From a virus: 64,000 bases of DNA. This document shows, in pieces, positions 10,289 through 19,372 of this stretch. Location: the IMG/VR virus record IMGVR_UViG_3300042308_001371, positions 17,766-81,765 of that record; one strand, written 5' to 3'. Both the position numbers and the translations under genes were made by a program. Below the pieces are notes generated by a model. It did no database searches. It was not told the origin of the DNA and saw nothing but the letters and a program-made list of their open reading frames with translations. Positions within the stretch are counted from its first letter, which is position 1. Every line of letters begins with the position of its first letter.

Positions 10289-11890
10289 ATGTCTACATTT
10301 TATGTGCGGAAAAACGGGTCAGGTACGCACACTGACATTCAAAGTGCTTTTGTTCAAGCAGTATCTGGTGACACAATTGATATCGAATCTGGAGTTTTTG
10401 AGGAGAATGTCGATTTTTATAAATCAGGAATTACTCTAAAAGGTGCTGGAAAAAATCTAACGGAAATTAAAGGCATACAAGAGGCAACCGTAACTAAAAC
10501 TACCTCATGGTTGCTTGGTGCAACATCTTTATCGTTTCCCGGTGGTACTTCTGGTTTTATTGTTGGAAGATTCCTATCAGGCGTTGGCTTGGCGACAAAC
10601 ACTAGAATTACGTCAGTTTCTCCTACGTCTATTACGCTTTCAGCAGCAGCTACTGTTGCTAAAACAAACCAAACTGTTTCTATGCCTTTGGTTCCTTCAA
10701 CTATCGTTGTTCGTGGTGCAAACCATGTAATTCAGGATTTAAAGATCACTGCCCCTCAAGCACTAGAATCAAGATGTCTTGCAGATAACGCGGCTATCTT
10801 TTTTAGAACCGCTGGTAACGGGGAAGCCCCTGCTACTGGGTATATTCTCCAAGATTGTATTATTGAAGCAAGAGGTGAATCAGCTATCGTGACCGATTAT
10901 AGTTCTTTCGTAGGAAGTGGGATTATTCGCAGAAACACAGTCCAAGGTCAAACCTTTGTTGGCGCATCTGCTGCTCAGGTTCCTTCTTTTGGAACAATGT
11001 CGAAGTCTGGTACAGTTTTATCAGCTAGAACTATTCGCTTTAGTGAAATGAGTGGTATTACTGCCCCTCATGCTGGTAACTCGCAAGGTAGTGAGATTAC
11101 CCCGGGTCTTCGTGTAGTTTCTATTAGCGGAGATGTGGTAACTGTTTCTGCTAACATTCCTGATGCGGTCAATACTGTAAGAGCTTTCTCTTTTGGTAAC
11201 GTACAGTTCAACTTTCCAAACGTAGCTAGACAATTAGTAGTTATCCAAAGTGTTAACATGGCTACTCAGTTTTTGAGCAATACTGTAAAGGGAGCGACCG
11301 GAAGCGGATTCTCTTACAATACGGCAGCAACTATTGATACAGCCAATGCAACTATCACGAGCAATACTTTCAATGGTAGCTTTAAGTATGGTTATGCTCT
11401 TAGAGCCAGAGGAGCAGGGTCAAGCGTTAATAATAACGTAAACTACTCCTTGACTAGTAATCCTAACGCAGGGTATCTTATTGGTCCTACAGGAGCGCAA
11501 ACTTCTGGCATGACTATTGGAACAAATAGCTCAATTACTAAAGGTATTGTTGCTAGTACTCAAGCGTCGTCTGGAGAAAAAATCGTATCTGAAATGAGTA
11601 AGGAATTGGTATCTGCCCTTTCTAGCGTTTCCTCAGATGCCGATTTTTCAAGCATCTCTAGTTGGTCAATGGTAAGTTATGTTTTTAAACATAGCGAATC
11701 AAGCAAGAGACTTGTTTCTTCATTTAAATCTTTTGATGGGTTTAAATCAACGGCACTCAAATCGGGTATGGCTTCTGGTCAAAAATTTGAACTACACAAG
11801 ATCATTGTGAAAAATGCTTCAGGTGCTCTTAAGGTTGTGAAAAGATCGGACATTCCAGATGCTTCTAGTTTTGATATTACTTTAAAGTAA
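10289..11890 (+). CDS. Pectin-lyase-like beta-helix protein (tailspike/depolymerase-like)
   Basis: N-terminal DIQSA....SGDTI.I.SGVF.E...K..ITLKGAG pattern typical of parallel beta-helix proteins. Confidence 0.6.
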   Translation: MSTFYVRKNGSGTHTDIQSAFVQAVSGDTIDIESGVFEENVDFYKSGITLKGAGKNLTEIKGIQEATVTKTTSWLLGATSLSFPGGTSGFIVGRFLSGVGLATNTRITSVSPTSITLSAAATVAKTNQTVSMPLVPSTIVVRGANHVIQDLKITAPQALESRCLADNAAIFFRTAGNGEAPATGYILQDCIIEARGESAIVTDYSSFVGSGIIRRNTVQGQTFVGASAAQVPSFGTMSKSGTVLSARTIRFSEMSGITAPHAGNSQGSEITPGLRVVSISGDVVTVSANIPDAVNTVRAFSFGNVQFNFPNVARQLVVIQSVNMATQFLSNTVKGATGSGFSYNTAATIDTANATITSNTFNGSFKYGYALRARGAGSSVNNNVNYSLTSNPNAGYLIGPTGAQTSGMTIGTNSSITKGIVASTQASSGEKIVSEMSKELVSALSSVSSDADFSSISSWSMVSYVFKHSESSKRLVSSFKSFDGFKSTALKSGMASGQKFELHKIIVKNASGALKVVKRSDIPDASSFDITLK

Positions 11891-11951
11891 TCAAGGCAAG
11901 ATATTGAGCTAAGAATATGGAATCCTAATTTTAGTATCTTACCTAATGAAG

Positions 11952-11974
11952 GGGGTGGTTTATCCACCCCTTTT
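11952..11974 (+). terminator. Rho-independent terminator
   Basis: GGGGTGG-TTTAT-CCACCCC then TTTT. Confidence 0.8.
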
Positions 11975-12032
11975 ATATTCTATAACTCCTTAATTTTATT
12001 GTGTTAAAGTCTAAATTACATTCTTTGGTTAT

Positions 12033-12046
12033 AACACCCTTATAAT
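12033..12046 (+). promoter_or_regulatory. Candidate late promoter motif AACACCCTTATAAT
   Basis: Repeated motif; lies after the terminator and before the AAGGAG RBS of 12072. Confidence 0.55.
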
Positions 12047-12071
12047 ATGTAGCAATAAGGAGCTGTAAACT

Positions 12072-12470
12072 ATGGAAAAGAAAGCAAAAGCTAAGTCTGC
12101 AATGCTAAAAGAACTTTCAAAGGAGATGTCTGACGATATGTACTCTCCAATGAAGGATATGATTGGCAAAAAAGGTCTTAAGAAAGTATCCGTTATGTCT
12201 GATTCTCCTGAAGGTCTTAAAAAAGGTTTATCAATGGCTGAAAAGCTTATGAAACTTAAAAAAGATCAATCTCCTTCAGAAGATGAAGAAACAGAATCCG
12301 AAGAACAATCTTGCTCCAGTTGTAAAGGAGAGGGTTGTGACATGTGTGAAGAGAAAGAAGAAAGCCCTTCAGACGAATCTGAGGAAAGTGCTTCTCCCGA
12401 ACTTCCAGAAATGTCTCCTTCAGAAATGGAAGCTGTCTACGAGATGCTTAAGAAAAAACTCGGAAAATAA
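12072..12470 (+). CDS. Hypothetical charged protein with acidic tract and CxxCxxxxCxxC
   Basis: 132 aa; strong RBS. Confidence 0.6.
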   Translation: MEKKAKAKSAMLKELSKEMSDDMYSPMKDMIGKKGLKKVSVMSDSPEGLKKGLSMAEKLMKLKKDQSPSEDEETESEEQSCSSCKGEGCDMCEEKEESPSDESEESASPELPEMSPSEMEAVYEMLKKKLGK

Positions 12471-12482
12471 TTAAGGTTTAAA

Positions 12483-13688
12483 ATGAGTAGTATTTTAAAG
12501 ACTGCAGATTTGATACGAAGTATCAAGCGTAGAGCTATGATACCTACAAGTCAAGAAACATTTACAGACACTGACTTATTAGAAATGGCTACAGAAGAGA
12601 TTAATCTAGGTCTAGTTCCTTTAATTCAAAGAATGCATGAAGAACATTTAGTGTATTATATCGATATTAAACTTGAAATAGGTAAAAAAAGATATCCCAT
12701 TCCCTCTAGAGCACATGGTAATAAATTAAGAGATGTTGCTTTAATTGATGAAAACGAAAATGTTTTTGAAATGCACAGGTATTCATTAAATGAATTATCT
12801 GATTTTTCCAATACTACGGCATATATTAATGCTCGTGGTTTCTACTTAGAAAATAATGATGTTATTCTAACAAATTTTCAAACAAATATAGGTCAGAATT
12901 TACGTATGTATTTTTACATGCGTCCAAATTGTTTAATATTAGAATCTAATGGTGCAGTAATTGAAACTATAACCGATCTGGTAGAAGTAGATAAAATTAC
13001 CCCTGTAACTAAAAGTATAACTTCTCTTACTCCAAGTGGATCTAAAGCTATTATCACATGTCCAGATCATGGAATAAGTAATGGAAAAAAAGTATCCTTG
13101 TCTGGAATTACTCTATCCGACCTAAGTATTTTTAGTGGTATTTATGAAATTTATGTTATTAATTCAAATAGTTTTAGTATTACATCTTCTATTTCTTTAT
13201 CTGGAACTGGCGGTAGTGCTTCATTGATGCTTGATGTAAAAAGTATTAAATTTAAAATATTACCAAGTCATATGGTAGCAGATGACTTATTTGATTTTGT
13301 TCAACATGTATCTCCAAATAAAATTCTATATTATGATATTATAAAAAATGATGTAAGTCCATCGCTAAATACTATGAGTTTTCCTGCTTCTAGTGTTCCA
13401 GATATTCAAATAGGCGATTATACTACTGCTGCGGAAGAGACTATTGTACCCAATATCCCATCAGAATTACATCCAATATTAGCGCAGAGGGTTGCTATTG
13501 CTTGCTTAGAAGCCATGGGTGATGAAAATAACAAGCAATCAGCCGAAAGAAAACTAGCGTCTATGGAAAAAGATGCAGGAACTTTCTTAGATAATAGGGT
13601 TGAAGGTGCGCAGATAAAAATTAAATCAAGACACTCTCCTTTAGTAAATACATTAAATACGCTAGGAAGACGAAATAGAAGGTGGTAA
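12483..13688 (+). CDS. Head-tail adaptor (tail tubular A-like) with an inserted beta domain
   Basis: Position before the nozzle-like gene; N-terminal DLIRSIKRRA..P and C-terminal IP.ELHP.L helical pattern of podoviral adaptors. Confidence 0.55.
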   Translation: MSSILKTADLIRSIKRRAMIPTSQETFTDTDLLEMATEEINLGLVPLIQRMHEEHLVYYIDIKLEIGKKRYPIPSRAHGNKLRDVALIDENENVFEMHRYSLNELSDFSNTTAYINARGFYLENNDVILTNFQTNIGQNLRMYFYMRPNCLILESNGAVIETITDLVEVDKITPVTKSITSLTPSGSKAIITCPDHGISNGKKVSLSGITLSDLSIFSGIYEIYVINSNSFSITSSISLSGTGGSASLMLDVKSIKFKILPSHMVADDLFDFVQHVSPNKILYYDIIKNDVSPSLNTMSFPASSVPDIQIGDYTTAAEETIVPNIPSELHPILAQRVAIACLEAMGDENNKQSAERKLASMEKDAGTFLDNRVEGAQIKIKSRHSPLVNTLNTLGRRNRRW

Positions 13689-13691
13689 TCA

Positions 13692-16600
13692 GTGCCTATA
13701 TTAACTATAAACCGCGGGCTAGTAACCTCTCCAAATGAGTTGGCAAGGCCTGATGGTGCCGCTGATGTATTGGATAATTGTGTAATCGATTCCGACAATG
13801 TTGTAGAACCTAGAAGAGGCTTTGCGGAGTTTGGAAATGTTACAGATGATGACTCTGTTGTTAAACAATTATTAACATATAAAGGCAGAGTATTACGACA
13901 TTTTGCAAATAAATTAAGTTTTGACTCAACTGGTAATGGATCTTTTTTAAATTTCTCTGGAACTTATAACGAACTGGTATCTAGGCTTAGAATTAGATAT
14001 TTTGAACTTAATTCAAATTTATACTTTACTACTAGTGAAGGGATCAAGAAGATTTCTGCAAAATCTGCAGATGATTTTTCTAATTCTGCGGAATATATAA
14101 CAAAGGCTGGTGGAGTTAAAGCCACTGGTTTAGAGTTAAACTTAGTACCATCCGCTTCAGGATTTCTTCCTGCACAATCTAAGGTAGCTTATAAAGTACT
14201 ATGGGCTAGAAAAGATGTAAACGGTAACATTATACGCGGAGTTCCTAGCTCACGACATGTGATAACAAATACGTCTCAAGATCTAAATGTAGGTGAGAGT
14301 TTTACAGCTACTATATTAGATGCTGGAGCTGGGATACATAAATCCTTCGATGCAACCTCTAGTATTTCTGATGGACCTCAAATTACTTTTTTAGCTGCAG
14401 CAGTAAATATTACAGATAATACAATAGCATTGACCGCGGGTGCAACAGATCATAATTACCAAACAAATGATTTAATAAAATTATTACAAAATGGAGTTAA
14501 CCCATTACCTGTAGGTCTTGCGGTAGGTAACTATTATGTGATTAGAGTAGACACTAATAAAATTAAACTAAAAACAACTACAACTGGATCTGAAGTAGAT
14601 ATAACAAGTGTAGCAGCTGCAGGAACTAGTGGCATTGTAGAAAATACAACTACTGGTAAAACTATAACTATAGCATCGCATGGCTATACTGATGGTACTA
14701 AAGTTAGATTATTTGGTATTTTAGCTAATGAATTAGATAAAACACAAACTTACTATATTAGAAATAAAACTACTAATACTTTTCAATTATCATTAGAACC
14801 TGCTAGTGTTATTATTACCCTAACTAAAAAAGTTGGAACTTCTGAGATTTACAGTGGGATATCTAATAATGATTTTTTCTTATTTGATAGCTTAACTAAT
14901 AAGTTTGCAGTGTGGTTTAATATTTCTGGAACTGATCCATCTCCTACTAGTAGTTTATTACTAGGAAGACAATTAATAGAAATCCCTATATATAATATAA
15001 CACTAAAAAATAAAATAAATTATGCATCAAAAATAGCTGAGATATTATTCTCTATATCGGATGTAGAAATAGAAGTGGCTTCTGAAGTAGTAACAATTAC
15101 CAACAGGGATGGTGGGGATGTATTGGATGCTAGTCAGGGCAGTTTAGATATTACTTATGGTACAATATCTACTGTATATGACGGTCAAACATCTATTGGA
15201 ATTCCTTCTAATACTCAAGTCATTACTACCGTACCAAGTGGGATAAATAGTAAAGACTTCTTTTATGAGGTTTATAGAACTGCGATAACAACTGTTCCTA
15301 CTGGGCTGACTCTTAATGATATAGATCCGGGAGAAGAATTTCAAAAAATATATGAATCTCCTGTAAGTTTAACAGATGTTATTCCATCAGAAGTTACTTT
15401 TGATGATTATATTCCTGAAACTTTTAGAGAAGGTGGATTATATCTATATGTAAATCCTGTAACAGGAGAGAGTGCTCTTCAAGCTAATGAAGCTCCTCCA
15501 ATAGCTCATGATGTTGCTATTTTTAAAGGATCTGCTTTTTATGCTAATACTAAGGAAGTTCATAGACTTCAATTTAGCATGCTTTCAGTATTCCCCTATA
15601 ATTCAGGATCATCTAAGTTGCATGTGGGAAATTCTACAAAAATGAGTACATATACATTTATAGGTCAGAATGAAATAATTCAGTTTACAGCAAAGAAGAA
15701 ATCAGAAACAGTGGGAGGATCTTATTTTGACATATATAATGCCCAAAATAAAATTAAATACAGGACATGGTTTGATAAAGGATCTATAGTTTTTAATTTT
15801 GATCAAACTGCTATAAATAGTACTACTGAGGAAATAACTCTATCTAATCATGGATTTGCTACTAATGATCTTGTGACGATAGATGGAACAACTTTACCGG
15901 GTGGATTATTAAAAAAATCATATTATGCTATAAGAGTAAGCTCTAACACTATTAAATTATCCGATTCTATAAACGGATCTGCAATAAACTTAGATTCATC
16001 TTCTGGTTCTGCATCCATTTCCCACATATCTAAGGCTCCTAGTGTAGACAATTGTCTACTACTAAAAATACCTCTATTACTTCCCATTTATGAAGATACA
16101 GTGGAGGGGTCCGTAGACGCATTTGCTGATGCATTTTTTGACATAAATGATTTTAATATAAACGATAATATCTATCACTTATTTGATTCATTTTATGATA
16201 TTAATGGATCTACTGAAACTATAAACATAAAAAATCATTCATTTTTTAATAATGATCAAGTAACTTTTTCTCAAAATTGTCCTGACGGAATCCTCATAGA
16301 TACTCCCTATTATGTTATAAACAAAACTAATAATAGCTTTGGAATATCGACCTCTATAGGTGGACCTTCAGTAGACATAACCCCCAAGTCTGGAGCAGGA
16401 AAAGTAACCTTTGTAGCACCTAGTTCTATTGTAAAATTAGTTTACACTGATAATGGTGACGTATCTCCAGTAGTTCAATCATCTCCTGTTACAGGATGGT
16501 CAGACCCTCTAGTATTACAACAAGGTGATGGAGAAGATGCTTCTTTAAATCAAGTATTGCTATCTGGGTTATCTTCCCAATCCTTATCTATAGAAGACAC

Positions 16601-18560
16601 TGCCAGATCCTTGGAGAGAGTTATAAATAAAGATCCTAACTCTCCAGTTAATGCGTATTATATTTCTGGTCTTAACGACTTGCAGGGTATTTTACTTTTA
16701 GAATCTAGATCTCTAATAGATGATCCTTTCTATGTTGGATTTAGTGAGCAGTTCTCAGATGGGTTTGGAAATCCAATAGCTGTATTCGAGCCTAATATTC
16801 CGGTAGCAAAAACAATTAAGGATCTTACATCTCCGGGGGTTATAACTACAACTACTTCTCATAGTTTTACACCAAACCAACAAGTATATTGTTTCATAAA
16901 ACAAACTTCTTTACCAGCACTTTTATCTGGATCAAAGATAATAGAAACTACTCCCGGAGTAGATACTCTTACAATTTATGGATTTAGTTTTTCTGGAGCA
17001 CAAATAACTTCTTTCGAATCAGCCGTAGTATTCCCAGCTGATGTAGTTTCTGATAATTCGGTAAATCCGAATAGAGTTTATTTCTCTAAGATATACCAAC
17101 CAGAGGCTGTGCCGCTAGTTAACTACATTGATATTGGACCAAGAGACAAGAAAATACAAAGAATCATTGCATTAAGAGATAGTCTTGCAGTACTCAAAGA
17201 AGAGGGCGTCTACATCATATCAGGACAGTCTGCACCAAACTTTTCTGTGCGTCTTTGTGATTCCTCTGCCTTAACCCTTGCTCCAGATACAGCTGTTAAC
17301 TTAAATAATCTAGTATATGTATTAACAAGTCAAGGAGTAGTTACAGTATCCGAAACTGGCGTTCAAGTAATGTCTAGAAATATTGAAAATAAAATTCAAG
17401 AAGTTACAAATTCTAGGTTTGATTATAAGCTTATGAGTTGGGGAATGTCCTCTGAATCAGATAGATGCTATCTTCTTTGGCTTCCTGAGAAGACTACCGA
17501 TGGATATGCTACGCAAGCTTTTAGATATAATACTTTCACAAGAGCTTGGACTAGGTGGACTAAACCTGCGAACTGCGGTGTAGTCAATCCTCTAGATGAT
17601 AAGATGTATCTAGGAGATTCATCTGGAAGACCATATGTATTGCAAGAAAGAAAAAACTTTGAAAGACAGGATCATTCTGACAGAGAAATAATTAGAAGTA
17701 TTGTAGCAAATTCTGCAAATGGAACTACTTACACACTCTCATCGTCTGTAGAATTAGCAGCTGGAGATGTGCTAACTCAAATACAGTATCTTGATATAAA
17801 TAAGTTTAATAGATTCCTTAAAAAATTAGATAGAGATGGATTCTCTTCTCATACTGAGGAGAAATACGTAACATTAAAAGCATCTGCCGGAGACAGTCTT
17901 GGATCAAAATTACAAGAAGTTGAAGTAAAGTTATTATCTGATGGAATTATAATACCACATAGCTCTGGATCAGATATCGCAATAGATATTGCAACTAACT
18001 TTAACGCAATAGTTGCTATCCTTAACCTATCTACAACTTTAACTAATTTTAAAGACTATAAATCAGTAACAGATCCTTTAACTTATGAAGTACTTATTAC
18101 TGGTGTTAATACCATAATGAATACTATTACAGTGAAGGCAGAGAATAAGTTTATAGTGGGCGATGTTTCTATATTTAAAGGTATCAAGTGTGTTGTTCAA
18201 TATGCCCCACAACACTTCGGAAAACCAGAATCAACTAAGCAAATATCAGAAGGTACTTTTATATTTGATCAGAATAATTTCTGGGGTGGATCTGTTGCCT
18301 ATTCTTCAGATAGATCGTATGACTTTAAGAGTATAGATTTTCAAGGAAGAGGTCCGGGATATTGGGATGGATATAATTGGGCTAATGCTACTTTTGGAGG
18401 AGAGGGCAATGAAGTTCCTTTCAGAACTTTTGTTCCTTCAGACAAGGCTAGATGTAGGTATCTCCATGTTCAGTTTACTCATATTAATGCAAGAGAGCAA
18501 TGGAAACTAATTGGAGTATCTTTAGAACCTAGAGAAGTCTCCACTAGAGGATATAGATAA
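13692..18560 (+). CDS. Tail nozzle / tail tubular B-like protein with inserted repeats (1622 aa)
   Basis: GL.T.PN...P.GA....NC......V.PRRG start; NRVYFSK..QPE and L.VLKEEG.Y beta-propeller-like motifs. Confidence 0.6.
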   Translation: MPILTINRGLVTSPNELARPDGAADVLDNCVIDSDNVVEPRRGFAEFGNVTDDDSVVKQLLTYKGRVLRHFANKLSFDSTGNGSFLNFSGTYNELVSRLRIRYFELNSNLYFTTSEGIKKISAKSADDFSNSAEYITKAGGVKATGLELNLVPSASGFLPAQSKVAYKVLWARKDVNGNIIRGVPSSRHVITNTSQDLNVGESFTATILDAGAGIHKSFDATSSISDGPQITFLAAAVNITDNTIALTAGATDHNYQTNDLIKLLQNGVNPLPVGLAVGNYYVIRVDTNKIKLKTTTTGSEVDITSVAAAGTSGIVENTTTGKTITIASHGYTDGTKVRLFGILANELDKTQTYYIRNKTTNTFQLSLEPASVIITLTKKVGTSEIYSGISNNDFFLFDSLTNKFAVWFNISGTDPSPTSSLLLGRQLIEIPIYNITLKNKINYASKIAEILFSISDVEIEVASEVVTITNRDGGDVLDASQGSLDITYGTISTVYDGQTSIGIPSNTQVITTVPSGINSKDFFYEVYRTAITTVPTGLTLNDIDPGEEFQKIYESPVSLTDVIPSEVTFDDYIPETFREGGLYLYVNPVTGESALQANEAPPIAHDVAIFKGSAFYANTKEVHRLQFSMLSVFPYNSGSSKLHVGNSTKMSTYTFIGQNEIIQFTAKKKSETVGGSYFDIYNAQNKIKYRTWFDKGSIVFNFDQTAINSTTEEITLSNHGFATNDLVTIDGTTLPGGLLKKSYYAIRVSSNTIKLSDSINGSAINLDSSSGSASISHISKAPSVDNCLLLKIPLLLPIYEDTVEGSVDAFADAFFDINDFNINDNIYHLFDSFYDINGSTETINIKNHSFFNNDQVTFSQNCPDGILIDTPYYVINKTNNSFGISTSIGGPSVDITPKSGAGKVTFVAPSSIVKLVYTDNGDVSPVVQSSPVTGWSDPLVLQQGDGEDASLNQVLLSGLSSQSLSIEDTARSLERVINKDPNSPVNAYYISGLNDLQGILLLESRSLIDDPFYVGFSEQFSDGFGNPIAVFEPNIPVAKTIKDLTSPGVITTTTSHSFTPNQQVYCFIKQTSLPALLSGSKIIETTPGVDTLTIYGFSFSGAQITSFESAVVFPADVVSDNSVNPNRVYFSKIYQPEAVPLVNYIDIGPRDKKIQRIIALRDSLAVLKEEGVYIISGQSAPNFSVRLCDSSALTLAPDTAVNLNNLVYVLTSQGVVTVSETGVQVMSRNIENKIQEVTNSRFDYKLMSWGMSSESDRCYLLWLPEKTTDGYATQAFRYNTFTRAWTRWTKPANCGVVNPLDDKMYLGDSSGRPYVLQERKNFERQDHSDREIIRSIVANSANGTTYTLSSSVELAAGDVLTQIQYLDINKFNRFLKKLDRDGFSSHTEEKYVTLKASAGDSLGSKLQEVEVKLLSDGIIIPHSSGSDIAIDIATNFNAIVAILNLSTTLTNFKDYKSVTDPLTYEVLITGVNTIMNTITVKAENKFIVGDVSIFKGIKCVVQYAPQHFGKPESTKQISEGTFIFDQNNFWGGSVAYSSDRSYDFKSIDFQGRGPGYWDGYNWANATFGGEGNEVPFRTFVPSDKARCRYLHVQFTHINAREQWKLIGVSLEPREVSTRGYR

Positions 18561-18970
18561 TGCCTAAATTATCAGACATTAGACGTATTGTTCCAGAAGA
18601 TTATCCTGATGATTTTCAAGAATCAGCTGGCATGATTGCTGGATCTTACAATGAGTTTGCTGATGAAATTTATCAAGTAGTTAATGGTGGATTAGATTTT
18701 GATAATCTGGCTAGGTCATTAGGCACGATAGATGTAGTATTTGATGCATCAGGAAATATAATTGGTAATTCCACTGTCGTTACAAAGCTATCTTATGTAT
18801 CCATGGTTCATTTGGGAAAAGTTCAAAACCTTACCAATGCATCCGCTAAGCTTGCTCAAATTCCTTTTATAGACTGGTCTTACACTGGATCGGGAGCTAT
18901 AAAGATTTTATATGGGATCGGATTTACAGTAGGCGTTAAGTACAGACTTACTTTGGAGATAATCAAATAA
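18560..18970 (+). CDS. Putative small tail protein
   Basis: 136 aa; TAATG overlap with the nozzle gene; NGGLDFDNL motif. Confidence 0.55.
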   Translation: MPKLSDIRRIVPEDYPDDFQESAGMIAGSYNEFADEIYQVVNGGLDFDNLARSLGTIDVVFDASGNIIGNSTVVTKLSYVSMVHLGKVQNLTNASAKLAQIPFIDWSYTGSGAIKILYGIGFTVGVKYRLTLEIIK

Positions 18971-19270
18971 TTCACATAGTTTTACTTATATAGAGCATGA
19001 ATCTCAATTTGGTAAAACCAGATCCTTAATGTGCTTTCAGCTATTTGGGGAAAAGGGGTGGGCTTTTAACCTGAATGTCTCTTTTCTACAAAGTTCCAAA
19101 CTTCCAATAACTTTGCTTAACTCTCTGGCTTTCCGCTAGGTACTTAGTGGTTTTGCGACACCTAGTCGAGTATTTCGTTTCCTACACCGGCTCGTATATC
19201 GGACTCGCTTGTAAGTCCTCTATTTCACGGTCCAAAAGAGCAAAAAGAGAAGAAATTAATCTTCCTTGAT

Positions 19271-19299
19271 AATATAACATAACTTTGCTATATTCACAA
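19271..19299 (-). promoter_or_regulatory. sigma70-like promoter facing antisense into a non-coding region
   Basis: TTGTGA-17 bp-TATATT with TG extension, on the - strand. Confidence 0.45.
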
Positions 19300-19345
19300 C
19301 TAGGTATAAGGTGTTGATTTTTTGTAGGAATGAAAACTACTATTT

Positions 19346-19359
19346 AACACCCTTATATT
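19346..19359 (+). promoter_or_regulatory. Candidate late promoter motif AACACCCTTATATT
   Basis: Third copy of the motif, immediately before the CAGGAG RBS of 19373. Confidence 0.55.
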
Positions 19360-19372
19360 ACAGGAGAACTCT

